A model generated the notes under the pieces. It was not told the origin of the DNA. It saw only the letters and a list, made by a program, of their open reading frames with translations, and did not search any database. Positions 12,101 to 20,663 of a DNA stretch of 58,494 nucleotides are shown here, in pieces. The stretch is from a virus (taxonomy: Duplodnaviria; Caudoviricetes). The position numbers were made by a program, and so were the translations under genes. How positions within the stretch are numbered: position 1 is the first letter of the stretch; every line of letters begins with the position of its first letter. The DNA is taken from positions 1 through 58,494 of the IMG/VR virus record IMGVR_UViG_3300032163_000016; one strand, written 5' to 3'.

Positions 12101-13919
12101 CACCAGTGAAACCGCGAGGCAAGTATACGAGACGTACAAAGATGTTTTCGATAAGGCCGAGACACTAATTCGAGCGAAGGGATACACAGTTGAGGATAAT
12201 TACTTCCCGCGTTTGAAGCAGGCTAAATCATTCGAGCAGAGAATGGAGGAACTTGAGAACCTAACTGGGCAGGATTTCCACAAAGCAAGACAAATGAACG
12301 CACCCATAAAGGGCATAGTCTCTGAGAAGAGTCCACGCCTGAAAGAACGCACGGCAGAGGAAGAGCAATTTCCGACTCGATTTGATGTCGAGAACATTTT
12401 ACCTCAGTACCTGAACAGCATCATCCGCGAACTGTCCTATGGTGATGCGATGAAGTACTTGAAGAACGACTTCACGCATCTAATTCCAGAACCCTTATTC
12501 CAGAGAGCACCATTCCAGCGCGTCGCGGATCTTGTGAAGGGGAACCTCCGGCCAGATGTTGGCCGAGGATTTTTCTGGAAGGCAGAATCGTACATCTCTA
12601 ATAACATCATTCAGTCTGCCGTCGAATTCAGTCTGAACAACAACGTGATGAACTTAACACAAACGGACTTTACACGCCTGTATATGGGTCCAGAAGGAAC
12701 CCGACTTGCAAACCAAATTTGGAAGCAACGTAAAACCCTCACGGGCAAACTCAAGGATGCTATACAGATTGCCTCGGAAGAGGAGTCACCGTACATCGAG
12801 CGGTCGCCAGCAGAACTGAAGCGAAGAAAGATTCTCCAACGATCCGTCGAGAAGTACGGACCACAACGGATGGGTGAACGTCACAACTGGCGTTGGTCTG
12901 AATTGGGCCTGATTGTAGATTCTGCCGTAAAGAACCCCAAGTTCTCAGAGATTTACAAAAGGGTGAATGACCCAGTCAAGGCCATGAACGAGTTGTTTGA
13001 GAAGGATCAGACAGCGTATCAAACGGCAATCCGAAATGCACAAGTACTTACAATGAAGACCCAAGTAAGTCAGGATATTGCGGCGAGGCCGGAGTATTGG
13101 GATACGCGAGCGATAAAGATGTTCTTGCGGCTTAAATCGTTCAAGTTTCGAGCCATAGAAGTCGTAGCCGAGGCTTTCAAGAAGCAAGAAGGTGCATACG
13201 GCGTTAGGAATCAAACCATCTGGTCTCGTGGTGTTTTTAGTGAAGCCACGAAACCAGGCGAGGTACTTTTGCAGATCGAGGACTATCGTGCCAGGGTTGA
13301 CCGAATTTTGAAAGATCCAGATGCCGTTAAACTCCTTGACGTGAAAAGCAAGCAGACGATCTCGGACTTTAGGGACTACCTCGGTGGTCAAGAGAGAGAA
13401 TTAAACGCGATCATCAAGCAGATGGAACCCCTCTCTATGAATCCCAAATCCGAAATAGGTCGAATACGAACCTTCAAAATCCTAGCTAAGTACTATCCCA
13501 AGATTGTGATGACATCAATTCTCACAACCTACCTAAGCAACCTTATTGATAATGTTGTGGGAACTCCCGACCAGGATGAGGACAAACTCCATGCCTACGC
13601 GGTGCAGAGAATGTTCTTGGACCTGAATCCGTCGCCGTTTTACGGAGTGAACCCACTTGAGTGGTTGAAGCCAATCATTATTCCTGGACGATGGGTCGCG
13701 AAATATGGTCTTTCTAAACGGACGATTGTACATGATGCGGTTCAGTACGGAATCGCCGGTCTAATCCCGTTTGGTGGGATGGTTGATAGATGGGCGGGCG
13801 GCATCGCGACAAAGACAATTACAAACCTGATTGTGCCACCGAAAAAGAAGCTCGGAACCGCGCCTCCGATAATGGGCAAACGTAACGCCATTGAGCAACT
13901 GAGTGGACTAGCGAAGTAG
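6120..13919 (+). CDS. Giant polyvalent ejection protein with N6-adenine MTase and ART-PolyVal-like ADP-ribosyltransferase domains
   Basis: MTase motifs GFFPTP...ILEPSAGKG...ILMNPPF (~9500-10010). ART-PolyVal-like motifs FKNWFADSKIVDKSGNPLVVYHGT...GIFFT...DGVVIRNVID...YIAFSPEQVR (~10180-10865). The C-terminus is helical. Confidence 0.8.
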   Translation: MAIPLPNRTVRQSDIDTLFVQEQHPREKTVSLSDINEMFSRQKKTVSLSDIDAMFSPQAIQGPIQPPEFDTVPAAVTKVEPIVLPEKPEERKRAGLGVPSYVEPGKEIYERAPSLEEPEKKVGVFQMPEVEVTAPRREARLTPEEQARVSPMQLEQYRREAPPSITEPTTESELAYESYRQELEKSLGRKLPEAKNLAEAEKVLAQMGSRDRWLLAAPLYSEVAKRAPFIGGIFAGIEESAKAATEPDVLSKALKFVKGTGEAALGVVIAHAAASPLIQGFELSAQTQMDIGEPVREVGKTVGEKSAEALGFSSRAKELSGELGGMITELGTWILLAKAPSLFGRIKSGKATPQEIKQAVEEIRKTNAEEIRQIKDEKLRKKVEEVAQQMEEVTRIGIRTEEQRAREGIIPRPAEEKIPQIAAEIQPPRIETPVTEPQVQKKRLTEEAIETGQTFNLDQARARWEERKGIEKQAIERGEPKSREQADALMKLGLESQRAREEVEGFIAEQRRILKSKMTGKEEPLEHKAYTRGQIEEKLNEIAKWQRVKQYPGRLPPEQELARLEPLPPEVTLEKPSAEVPAKDKYAPVRDLIEENARKDPERFPVNIGERLFDDIQKAIEQKDYARLRDMVHPMNPVWRAYFQRITGKQLPQTVGGSETAAKEIVGTGGMETFEAARKAGEERRAGEHIQFIANRLSQQGYRNPDGTTITAKERIDQAIASGQTELTSHQRGATKQYFLTRPGEGSGPVIVGADQIEYARATTKKVTPEKPVSPIGEQGRITGTKPEKYKNARDFAETLVGRLGQYSKLTSGYANEGFELFDENRFFDRLGREFKLTREEIKSIFPVERTEPVFEGSGGLMKRPSKEDLAEFYNRAIKEKPSPAPKPPEMMTREQSDFLEAYPELVDIVKRAKVKQADMLANPIYEKAEEIEGTSRAGFGLKLSTIFGKQKPLQNFIDLAEKYGKKVEVPEEKGVAGILGRPEKFRQLADQMQGQIDERRREMTQNPTPKRMKEYRSRVIEGDDLERAQQALRTLADAHERGTVPPILRELKSKSEVLPLVRKGTTGGGGYYDVIASMEYKDTSPQGKALQDLMEAKPELRVADVEKQKAQKLAQMEAEVQFRPLPGFFPTPKPLVRKMIEAADIEEGQKILEPSAGKGDILDVLKEEKPEATDVKAVELMSPLVNILEAKGYDVTSKDFLEYKEPADKILMNPPFEKGQDIDHVRHAYDLLNPGGRVVAIVSEGSFSRSDKKATGFREWLDEVDGRSEKIERGAFTGKEAFRQTGVASRMVVIDKPAEAKPEIAPIREEAVAGLPQLKTAEEIPTLEPMKPPRGPGKQPTEIKTPQPEGRKFKNWFADSKIVDKSGNPLVVYHGTGADVKSFDPRFQGLGTQSELAQKGIFFTNSKAAAQTYADRAPSREFLESLPGSKKVSEVQYALQDQMSKELSDYHDSFLKTHKITEHQLSENEVLYKKYSEAYDKIGQKYETQIHALQDDFFKVHPKREAVAVPRIVSAHLRIRQPEIIDARGAVITDIEIESIVDKALRDKRDGVVIRNVIDVFGEESLVSDVYIAFSPEQVRIISPNLSRAPEGGAQVVPALKPTEVPSEKPLRPTGTEGKKLAMELLPTAAYLSVDALPVDDDTKEKLKIAFGALAIAGLGLAASKRVKDLSKEFRNAAFSRAMRGEIKPTELEADVRKRVTDFFKSEESKSLSIEEKKELIRAHGMEPFRAEAKRAATEINKALSEEVPVPEHQKGSLSSQIAAKNEKTERKKPLASRINQKIAEYRLDAQRDGLRGIELVDYVRGRVNEYVKTEKPTGFTEKQREMIGRKTGTLELKNAIKRLQETEQRTQRIAQARDRAADIAIETQRRLINNYAKPEEAKKIITRVDELADHFRDILPESNYKTLKGGLMSRNAVFTRDFGPAGAELQLLFLDGNIKERTLRDVFIDQVSQHREIFEEINRNKSSLAKKVEIGREVKDALNDREHAQTYLTSETARQVYETYKDVFDKAETLIRAKGYTVEDNYFPRLKQAKSFEQRMEELENLTGQDFHKARQMNAPIKGIVSEKSPRLKERTAEEEQFPTRFDVENILPQYLNSIIRELSYGDAMKYLKNDFTHLIPEPLFQRAPFQRVADLVKGNLRPDVGRGFFWKAESYISNNIIQSAVEFSLNNNVMNLTQTDFTRLYMGPEGTRLANQIWKQRKTLTGKLKDAIQIASEEESPYIERSPAELKRRKILQRSVEKYGPQRMGERHNWRWSELGLIVDSAVKNPKFSEIYKRVNDPVKAMNELFEKDQTAYQTAIRNAQVLTMKTQVSQDIAARPEYWDTRAIKMFLRLKSFKFRAIEVVAEAFKKQEGAYGVRNQTIWSRGVFSEATKPGEVLLQIEDYRARVDRILKDPDAVKLLDVKSKQTISDFRDYLGGQERELNAIIKQMEPLSMNPKSEIGRIRTFKILAKYYPKIVMTSILTTYLSNLIDNVVGTPDQDEDKLHAYAVQRMFLDLNPSPFYGVNPLEWLKPIIIPGRWVAKYGLSKRTIVHDAVQYGIAGLIPFGGMVDRWAGGIATKTITNLIVPPKKKLGTAPPIMGKRNAIEQLSGLAK

Positions 13920-13934
13920 AGAGGAAAGAAGCCT

Positions 13935-14276
13935 ATGAACATACCATTTTTGAAGCGCAGGGCGAAACTGATTGACGCGGATGGAAACTGCATTGCCGTG
14001 GTTGAGGTTCCGAAGAAGAACAACCACGGATGGCTGAAGGCGCTTATACCTATCGCTATTATGATTGCGGGTGGCCTAATTGGATATGGTCAACTCAAAG
14101 AAAGGGTGGATACTCTCAAAGTCGAAACGAACGACATGAAGAAGGAACTCGCCGACACGAGCAAGCGTCAGGCCGCAATGGAAGAAATGTTCAAGTACAT
14201 CGCAAAATCGCTTGACGAAATCAAGGCCAACCAAGAGAAGTTGCGAGACAAGATCGAAAAAAAGAAGGACAAATAA
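13935..14276 (+). CDS. Membrane-anchored coiled-coil protein (holin-like/lysis block)
   Basis: One TM segment followed by a coiled coil. Confidence 0.5.
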   Translation: MNIPFLKRRAKLIDADGNCIAVVEVPKKNNHGWLKALIPIAIMIAGGLIGYGQLKERVDTLKVETNDMKKELADTSKRQAAMEEMFKYIAKSLDEIKANQEKLRDKIEKKKDK

Positions 14277-14288
14277 AAGGAGAGCAAC

Positions 14289-14525
14289 ATGATCATTGAC
14301 CGAATCGGCGGACGGAAGAATGTTCTCGGTTATGTATTTCTCGGCTGCGTGACATTCTTGGCAAATGCAATGGTTATCAGTAATCACGACCCAGACTACG
14401 TAGGAATGGCAACCGTGATCGGCGCGATGGCAGCCGGTCTTGGTGCTATCGTCTGGGGCAACGTGAAAGAACACCAAGCAAAGGCGAACGGCAATGGACT
14501 CCAACCTGCAGTTCCTAGTTCTTGA
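14289..14525 (+). CDS. Putative holin
   Basis: 78 aa with two TM segments, GRK before TM1 and GNVKEH after TM2; AGGAG SD. Confidence 0.55.
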   Translation: MIIDRIGGRKNVLGYVFLGCVTFLANAMVISNHDPDYVGMATVIGAMAAGLGAIVWGNVKEHQAKANGNGLQPAVPSS

Positions 14526-14988
14526 TTACTGCATCATTGATTTCGTTTTCGCCCTATGGATTCTCTTGGATTCCTGGGCGGTGAAGTGGCAGGAAGCCTT
14601 TTGGGAATTCGGCGGGTACAAGCCCAAACTGAGTCAGGAGTATGTGAAGTGCCTTCTGACTGTATTTTCGCTCCTGATGGTGTTTCTAGTCGTTCTAACG
14701 GGTCGGTGGTGGCTTATCGTGCCTTTTGTGTTCCGCCAGCAGTGCGGGTTTGAAGATTTGGGGTACTGGCTGGTCGGGACGGGCATATTCGGCAAGGACT
14801 GGTCCTTCACTGAGACGGGGAAATTCTTAGGAATGCCCTATCCGCGTTGGTGGCCGTGGTTGAACACTATGCCAGTATTGAGATTCATTTCGGGCGGGAC
14901 GGTTTCCTTTGGTGGTTTGCTGCGGGCAGTCATAATCTGTGAAGTGCTCGTATTTGTGTGGTTAGTGTGGATCAACCATATCATTTAA
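14494..14988 (+). CDS. Membrane protein
   Basis: Several hydrophobic, Trp-rich segments. Confidence 0.6.
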   Translation: MDSNLQFLVLDYCIIDFVFALWILLDSWAVKWQEAFWEFGGYKPKLSQEYVKCLLTVFSLLMVFLVVLTGRWWLIVPFVFRQQCGFEDLGYWLVGTGIFGKDWSFTETGKFLGMPYPRWWPWLNTMPVLRFISGGTVSFGGLLRAVIICEVLVFVWLVWINHII

Positions 14989-14991
14989 TCT

Positions 14992-15282
14992 ATGAAAAAA
15001 CCCAAGATCAAACTTGTGGACAGGTTTCACATGGTAGATGAGGTCTCTGGTCCCCGAGGCCCACGTCGAGTCAAAGAATTCCTAGATAGCAAGGAAAACC
15101 GTTGCCGAGTTTTCGCGACGCGGGATTTACGGGACGCACTTGGTTATAGTGAGTCGCATTTCAAAACGGCAATTGGAGCGCATCCCGATGTCCAATGTTA
15201 CAGGCTACAGATCGCCTATCATCGCTATGTTTGGGGCAACTCCAAAGTCCTCAAACAATTCAAGGAGGAACGGGGATGGTGA
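14992..15282 (+). CDS. Hypothetical (possible HTH) protein
   Basis: 96 aa, basic; ATRDLRDALGYSES resembles an HTH. Confidence 0.5.
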   Translation: MKKPKIKLVDRFHMVDEVSGPRGPRRVKEFLDSKENRCRVFATRDLRDALGYSESHFKTAIGAHPDVQCYRLQIAYHRYVWGNSKVLKQFKEERGW

Positions 15283-16325
15283 AAACGACAAAGGCAGTTG
15301 AAGAGGACTTGAAGGGGCGGGAAATAAAGCAATACAAGAAAGAGAAGGAACTGAAATCAAGACTCGCGAAACTCCTTATTGGAAGCAACAATCCCTGGAC
15401 AGTTGCAACACTCTCTGACAGGTTTGAATGTTCCGAGGGCGATGTGACAAATTGCTTGAGGAAACTTGCGAAAGAAGGTCGGCGGGTCATCTTTCTCAAC
15501 GAGGGAGTTCAGATTTCAACAGAGATGCCGCCGAGTTCCGAGACGATTCCGATCAGTAATGCTAAGGCAAGGTGGATAAGATTTGGGGCGACAGCAGACA
15601 ATCATCTTTGTAGCAAATACTCTCGCCTTCAGGTTCTTAACGCACTCTTTGACCGATGGCAAGAGCAGGGAATTAAAACCGTTTATCAGATGGGCAACAT
15701 CATTGATGGCGAATGCAATTACAACAAATATGATCTCTATGTGCGGGGTGTTGATGCCCAGACGGACTACCTGATTGAGAACTGGCCCCATCGGAAGGGC
15801 ATCACCACGCGCTTCATAACGGGTGACGATCATGAGGGTTGGTACATTCAGCGAGAAGGTATCAACATCGGTGAATACATCGAGCAGCGGGCAAAGAAGG
15901 CGGGCCGGAACGACCTGATTTATCTTGGTCACATGGAGCATAATATCACGTTCACGAGCAAGGAAGGTGCATCGCAACTGAGGCTCATTCACACTGGCGG
16001 CGGCACAGCATACGCGATAAGTTACAATGTTCAAAAGCTTGCCGAGTCGCTGCAGGGAGGGGAAAAGCCGACAATGCTACTTTTGGGCCACAGTCACAAA
16101 TATGATTACAGTTACCCGCGAGAAATCCATGCAATCCAGGTTGGATGCACCATCGATCAAACCCCCTATATGCGGAAGAAGCGACTGCAGGCAATGGTGG
16201 GTGGTTGCACGGTGGAGATACTTCAGGATGAGCACGGGATTGTGCGAGAGGTCAAAGCAACCTGGATGCCATTCTACGACCGGAAATTCTACACAGACAA
16301 ACTCTGGAAGTACCATTGGAAATGA
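15276..16325 (+). CDS. Calcineurin-like metallophosphoesterase with N-terminal HTH
   Basis: Motifs ADNHL, GNIIDG, GDDHE, HTGG and GHSH; GGAGG SD before ATG 15276. Confidence 0.85.
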   Translation: MVKTTKAVEEDLKGREIKQYKKEKELKSRLAKLLIGSNNPWTVATLSDRFECSEGDVTNCLRKLAKEGRRVIFLNEGVQISTEMPPSSETIPISNAKARWIRFGATADNHLCSKYSRLQVLNALFDRWQEQGIKTVYQMGNIIDGECNYNKYDLYVRGVDAQTDYLIENWPHRKGITTRFITGDDHEGWYIQREGINIGEYIEQRAKKAGRNDLIYLGHMEHNITFTSKEGASQLRLIHTGGGTAYAISYNVQKLAESLQGGEKPTMLLLGHSHKYDYSYPREIHAIQVGCTIDQTPYMRKKRLQAMVGGCTVEILQDEHGIVREVKATWMPFYDRKFYTDKLWKYHWK

Positions 16326-16576
16326 ACGGTCAAGAGGAAATAGATTGCCAAAGTGCAGAAGATCAAGCAGTATTAGAGAGCCATGCCGCGCAGTTGATGG
16401 AACGGTTCGACACCGTTCAGATTTTCGCAACTCGGCATGAACCATCGCGCTTAAATGGAACGGTTGAAGCATCAATTGGTCAAGGCAATTGGTTTGCCCG
16501 CTGGGGTCAGGTGCGGTTGTGGTGCGAACGGGAACAGGTAAAAGAAGCGAGTAGGGAGAACGCGAACGAAGATTGA
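16316..16576 (+). CDS. Hypothetical phage protein
   Basis: 86-aa ORF overlapping the upstream stop; GNWFARWGQVRLW. Confidence 0.6.
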   Translation: MEMNGQEEIDCQSAEDQAVLESHAAQLMERFDTVQIFATRHEPSRLNGTVEASIGQGNWFARWGQVRLWCEREQVKEASRENANED

Positions 16577-16688
16577 ATTCAAAACAAAAGATCGCACAAA
16601 ACCGACCCTCTAGTGGCTAGTTTCGTGCAGAAAAATGTATAAATACGGGCAACATTCGCCCGTATTGTCGCCCGAAGAGAGTTGAACA

Positions 16689-17237
16689 ATGACTTTTCAC
16701 AGAGATGAAATCTGGGTGCGTTGCAAACTAACAGCCCCTAAGTACGGTTTTGACCCGTTGCTACTTTTGGCTGTCGCGACTCAAGAGGCACAGAAGGACA
16801 GAAAGAATCCACTTCTGTATTGTGGAGATGTGGCGGCACTAGAACAGGGCTACTACCGGCGATATATCGAGCCAAAGAACTTCGCCACGACAACCGAGGT
16901 ATTGCTCTCCGCATCGTACGGAGTATTTCAGATGATGGGAAATAGTCTCTACGAACTCGGTTGGTTCGACCAGGAGTTCTTGCGCCAACCCGTGCAGTAC
17001 CGAGAATTCTACAACAACAACTCAATGGATGAAGTCAACGTAACAAAGGCATTGAACCGATACTGCAATGATCTTGATTACCAGGTCGATACGGCCTGTC
17101 GTCATCTATCCAAAAAACGAACGGCAGTAGGGGGGGACACCCGCAAGATTCTTTTGGCTTGGAACGGTGGAGCTAATCAGCAATACGATGATGAAGTTCT
17201 CGCGAAGATGGAGAAGTTGAGAATAGAGTTAGAATGA
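16689..17237 (+). CDS. Endolysin, lysozyme-like/lytic transglycosylase fold
   Basis: LLLAVATQE (catalytic Glu position), SYGVFQMMG and LLAWNGG...YDDEVL. Confidence 0.8.
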   Translation: MTFHRDEIWVRCKLTAPKYGFDPLLLLAVATQEAQKDRKNPLLYCGDVAALEQGYYRRYIEPKNFATTTEVLLSASYGVFQMMGNSLYELGWFDQEFLRQPVQYREFYNNNSMDEVNVTKALNRYCNDLDYQVDTACRHLSKKRTAVGGDTRKILLAWNGGANQQYDDEVLAKMEKLRIELE

Positions 17238-17391
17238 CATTCGGCCTAAGCATCAAAGATTTGTTGGCTGGAAAGAAAATCACGCCAGAAGGGAAGATAG
17301 TATGAGGATGTACGCTAATGGCAGATAGGAGTGCTATCTGCCGATAGCATACAAAAAGCCTATAACAGACTTAAAAGAAAGGAGTAATCTA

Positions 17392-17580
17392 TTGGCAAAA
17401 CTAACGACAGAAGAAGCCGACAGGATTGAAGATGAGATGCGACGATTAGAAAATGATCCATGTGTTACAAAATTGCAACTACGTCTGTTTATGCAAAGTT
17501 GTATGCCATGCGGTCATGCTGTTGGGAATCTTCTGACTTGTTCGGAACCACCATACGGTTGTGTAATATGCGAAAAGTAG
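17392..17580 (+). CDS. Small Cys-rich hypothetical protein
   Basis: AAGGAG SD with a TTG start; CGH and CxxC motifs. Confidence 0.5.
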   Translation: MAKLTTEEADRIEDEMRRLENDPCVTKLQLRLFMQSCMPCGHAVGNLLTCSEPPYGCVICEK

Positions 17581-17632
17581 ACCACAGTTCAAACCGCTTA
17601 GGATTCTAACAATCAAATAAAGGGGAAAAACT

Positions 17633-17953
17633 ATGCCACACTACAAAGACGGAACGCCAGCAAAGATTGGCGACACCGTGAAGGGCAAAGGATACAATCT
17701 CAGGATAACCGATGGGGAGCTTCGTGAACTCGTCGGTACAGTTGTAGATGTTCGGCCCGGGACTGAGACGTGCAACCTGACAGTCTTTGTTCCAGAGATC
17801 ATTGATCTCGGGGAGAATTTCCAATGGCCGAACACTCGGATTTTTGCGCTGAGAGAAGGTCTACATACCGTACTCAGAGCAGATGGGCACACCGTTGCTG
17901 TGAAATACCTAATTGAGTTTGGTCAGACAGACGCGTTCGAGAAAATCGCTTGA
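17633..17953 (+). CDS. Hypothetical phage protein
   Basis: SD present; MPHYKDGTPAKIGDTVKG start. Confidence 0.65.
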   Translation: MPHYKDGTPAKIGDTVKGKGYNLRITDGELRELVGTVVDVRPGTETCNLTVFVPEIIDLGENFQWPNTRIFALREGLHTVLRADGHTVAVKYLIEFGQTDAFEKIA

Positions 17954-17977
17954 CTACCAAAAGAAAGAATCAATAAG

Positions 17978-18613
17978 ATGAATCTACTTGGAATTTTCCA
18001 AAAAATCCAAGACAGCATCAAGGCGATTCTCATTGGTGTAGGAATTGCGTCTCTGATCGGAACGGGTCTGTACATTCGCGGCTGCCAGGACGGTGAAGCG
18101 CGGATGGACGCGAAGTACAAGCAGGAATTCAGAAACGCGAAACCGCGTGAGGTATCAAGGGATACGAGTTTCACCCCCCAGAAACCCGACAGCGGCAAGT
18201 ATGCAATTCTTGTAGAAGATTCGTCAAGTGATCGTCAGGCAATCGTCAGGTATAAGAAGAGGGTAGATACGATTCTAAAAAAAGGCGATGAACTCGCGGC
18301 ATCGCAGGCGACCGAGATTGAAGGACTCCGCGCAAAGAACAAATACCTCGAAGAGAAGTTGCGCCAAGCATACGAGTCGAGATTAGTGTATCTGAACACC
18401 CCGCAAATCGGCGAACTGTGGGCGTGGATTTACCCGGCAGATTCAACACTGAGACCGTACAAACACAACCCGTCACCATTGCAGATCATCACGATAAAGA
18501 CAGAACTGCCAGTGCTCGAACCACGTTCAACCTGGGAGACGGCAAGAGACGTAGGAATTGGAGTCATTGGCGGGGCGCTCATAACGTATGCTGTCATTCG
18601 CGTGAGCCGATGA
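17978..18613 (+). CDS. Spanin-like membrane protein
   Basis: N-terminal TM, coiled coil and C-terminal hydrophobic segment; downstream of the endolysin. Confidence 0.5.
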   Translation: MNLLGIFQKIQDSIKAILIGVGIASLIGTGLYIRGCQDGEARMDAKYKQEFRNAKPREVSRDTSFTPQKPDSGKYAILVEDSSSDRQAIVRYKKRVDTILKKGDELAASQATEIEGLRAKNKYLEEKLRQAYESRLVYLNTPQIGELWAWIYPADSTLRPYKHNPSPLQIITIKTELPVLEPRSTWETARDVGIGVIGGALITYAVIRVSR

Positions 18614-18805
18614 GAGAACGTATCTGAGGCACATTTCCGGCCTCGCGCGGATGAAGTTAATATAAAAGAGGGGAAGGTCGAAGTCTTCCGCGAGTTTCCA
18701 GTTAGACAGTCGGTCTTCTGTCATCATCTTGAACAACTTCAGTATCAGGCGCGGCCCCAACTTGTCCTCTATTTTTTTCAACATCCGATTTTCCAGTTCC
18801 CGCAT
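18527..18805 (-). CDS. Putative HTH regulator
   Basis: LSNWKLAEDFDLPLFYINFIR resembles an HTH; GAG(G)AG-like SD upstream. Confidence 0.5.
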   Translation of the reverse strand: MRELENRMLKKIEDKLGPRLILKLFKMMTEDRLSNWKLAEDFDLPLFYINFIRARPEMCLRYVLSSAHANDSIRYERPANDSNSYVSCRLPG

Positions 18806-19139
18806 ATAGAGCTCCTCGAATAAGGGTCAGTCCCGAAGACTGATGTTTTTTGAGTGACTTGCGCTCTTGGTCGAGATGCCACTGGTGGTTGCGAAGATAC
18901 CACTGGACGTATTCATCAGCACCGGGCGCGAGGATGTACCTAGTTATGGTGATCTCCGAGATAATCTGAGAAATGCGCCCTAAAGTAATGCCCAGAATCG
19001 GAACTAAGCTTGAAAGGGAGTCACCCTGATTCAAACGGTCAAGCAGCCAGAGAAGTTGTTGCATACCTCGTTTACGGACGAAATTCTCTACAACCCGATA
19101 TGACTTTTGGCGAAGATGTCCCATCCCAACCCCCCCCAC
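18702..19139 (-). CDS. Putative HTH repressor-like protein
   Basis: GDSLSSLVPILGITLGRISQII resembles an HTH; divergent from the early operon. Confidence 0.55.
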   Translation of the reverse strand: MGGVGMGHLRQKSYRVVENFVRKRGMQQLLWLLDRLNQGDSLSSLVPILGITLGRISQIISEITITRYILAPGADEYVQWYLRNHQWHLDQERKSLKKHQSSGLTLIRGALYAGTGKSDVEKNRGQVGAAPDTEVVQDDDRRPTV

Positions 19140-19228
19140 ACCGTGAATGAAGGGTATTCTATTAGTGGCACAGAAATTGTGACGTATGGCAAGCAGTAAA
19201 GAAATCCGTCAATTGCTTCGCTTTTAAC

Positions 19229-19257
19229 TTGACTTTGTGCAGCTTGCGCAGCATATT
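19229..19257 (+). promoter_or_regulatory. sigma70-like promoter TTGACT-17-CATATT in the divergent control region
   Basis: The -35 and -10 boxes are 17 nt apart in the intergenic region between the divergent HTH genes. Confidence 0.45.
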
Positions 19258-19516
19258 TGAGGCAACCACAATGGGTCGGCCGAGCCCAACAATGACTCAC
19301 ATCATCCGATCTCTTCTTTCCTGCTTTTGCGTTCCCGCATTTGTCTGATAATGTATATTACACGCGGGAAACCGTAAAGTTGTAAAGACCTGATCGCTAA
19401 AGAAGTTTACAGAAGCTCGGTTGACTCGAAAGAGTTGATCGAGCTTTTTTATTCTGTGGACAAGATAGCATGTCCCGCCCCCCGAAGTCAAGGACAATAA
19501 ATTCCGAAAAGAGAAA

Positions 19517-19840
19517 GTGATCTCGGCGATGGCGCACCGAAGCGAGAAAGATTTTCCCCTACCACCCATAAGCGAAGCTGTCAAGGCCGCGATCTACAAA
19601 AGGTCTGGGCGCATTCGCGGCAGTCGTCACCCTTACGAGATAACAGCGGAGGATGTTTTACACGTTACCCGAAAGACCTTCAATCGGATGATGCGGTACG
19701 GGAGATTCGATTTCACAGATGATTTAATTCCCATCATCGAGTGGACTCAAAGCATGGGACTGATAGAGGCGATCTCTTTGGAGTTGACGAGAGTTCTCAC
19801 AAGCCGAAAGAAAGAGGACAATGAACAACTTCGCGTTTAA
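19517..19840 (+). CDS. Putative regulatory protein (CII-like HTH)
   Basis: AEDVLHVTRKTFNRMM HTH-like segment followed by DDLIPIIEWTQSMGLIEAI. Confidence 0.45.
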   Translation: MISAMAHRSEKDFPLPPISEAVKAAIYKRSGRIRGSRHPYEITAEDVLHVTRKTFNRMMRYGRFDFTDDLIPIIEWTQSMGLIEAISLELTRVLTSRKKEDNEQLRV

Positions 19841-20012
19841 GTTGAAGCAGCAGCAATTCCAAGCGGACTATCTGCGCGTGATCTTGCACATCGGCGGTCA
19901 CAGGGAGATCATTGAGAACCGCGTGGAATATGCGCCCCTCGGAAGAATTCTCACGTGGAACGAAATAATTGTCGTTGAGAGGATCGTCGGAAGAACCGGA
20001 TTGGAGAATTAG
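19821..20012 (+). CDS. Hypothetical protein
   Basis: GAGG SD; 63 aa. Confidence 0.5.
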   Translation: MNNFAFKLKQQQFQADYLRVILHIGGHREIIENRVEYAPLGRILTWNEIIVVERIVGRTGLEN

Positions 20013-20014
20013 CA

Positions 20015-20215
20015 ATGCCGTTCATCGTGCGCCGGAAAGATCCGCCAGCATATCCAGGAGCGAAAACGTACTGGGAGACTTTGGCGCGGCGAACGACATT
20101 AGAGGAAGCCAAGAAAGCGATGGCGATCCTAAAAAGCTACACTAAGGATAATACAGTTTGGTGGTGTGGTGAAGAAACAATAAATGCCGAACCAGAAGAG
20201 AAGCAAGAGGAATAA
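20015..20215 (+). CDS. Hypothetical protein
   Basis: GGAG SD; tightly packed with its neighbours. Confidence 0.55.
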   Translation: MPFIVRRKDPPAYPGAKTYWETLARRTTLEEAKKAMAILKSYTKDNTVWWCGEETINAEPEEKQEE

Positions 20216-20237
20216 TCAACCAAGAGGAGGACTGAAA

Positions 20238-20645
20238 ATGGAACTCTATGGAACCGAACCCCGCATTTGCGGTGAATGCTATCAGGAACTTCCGATTGAC
20301 GATCTCATCGGCACCTCAGATGTTAAACGACGGATGAGCATTTCCTGCGTCCATTGCTACCGGGAGAAAAAACACGAATACAGTTGCGAAGATTGTGACC
20401 GTGTTTTCTGGTTCACGGGTATCCCAATCCGCTGCCCACTTTGCAACTCAGTCAAGATCACAACTGGATTCCGCGCCGCCGACATTTTGATCGAAGAGGA
20501 GCAGACAAAGGCAGCACATCGGGTGAGGGATGCCGCCGTCCATTCTCTTGAGAACATTACGGAGAAAGCATTTGTATCGGCTGGGATTCCACTGGATGAA
20601 CTCCGCGATCTTCGGAGCGCACTCAGAAAACGAATGGGGACATAA
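20238..20645 (+). CDS. Zn-finger protein
   Basis: Four CxxC pairs; GAGGAGG SD before ATG 20238. Confidence 0.7.
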   Translation: MELYGTEPRICGECYQELPIDDLIGTSDVKRRMSISCVHCYREKKHEYSCEDCDRVFWFTGIPIRCPLCNSVKITTGFRAADILIEEEQTKAAHRVRDAAVHSLENITEKAFVSAGIPLDELRDLRSALRKRMGT

Positions 20646-20663
20646 CTAAACAGGGAGGTATCT

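Noticed and set aside
20639-20660. GACATAAC at a stop codon as another cassette end
   Set aside because: I found no complementary GTTATGTC start upstream and no linker inverted repeat downstream.
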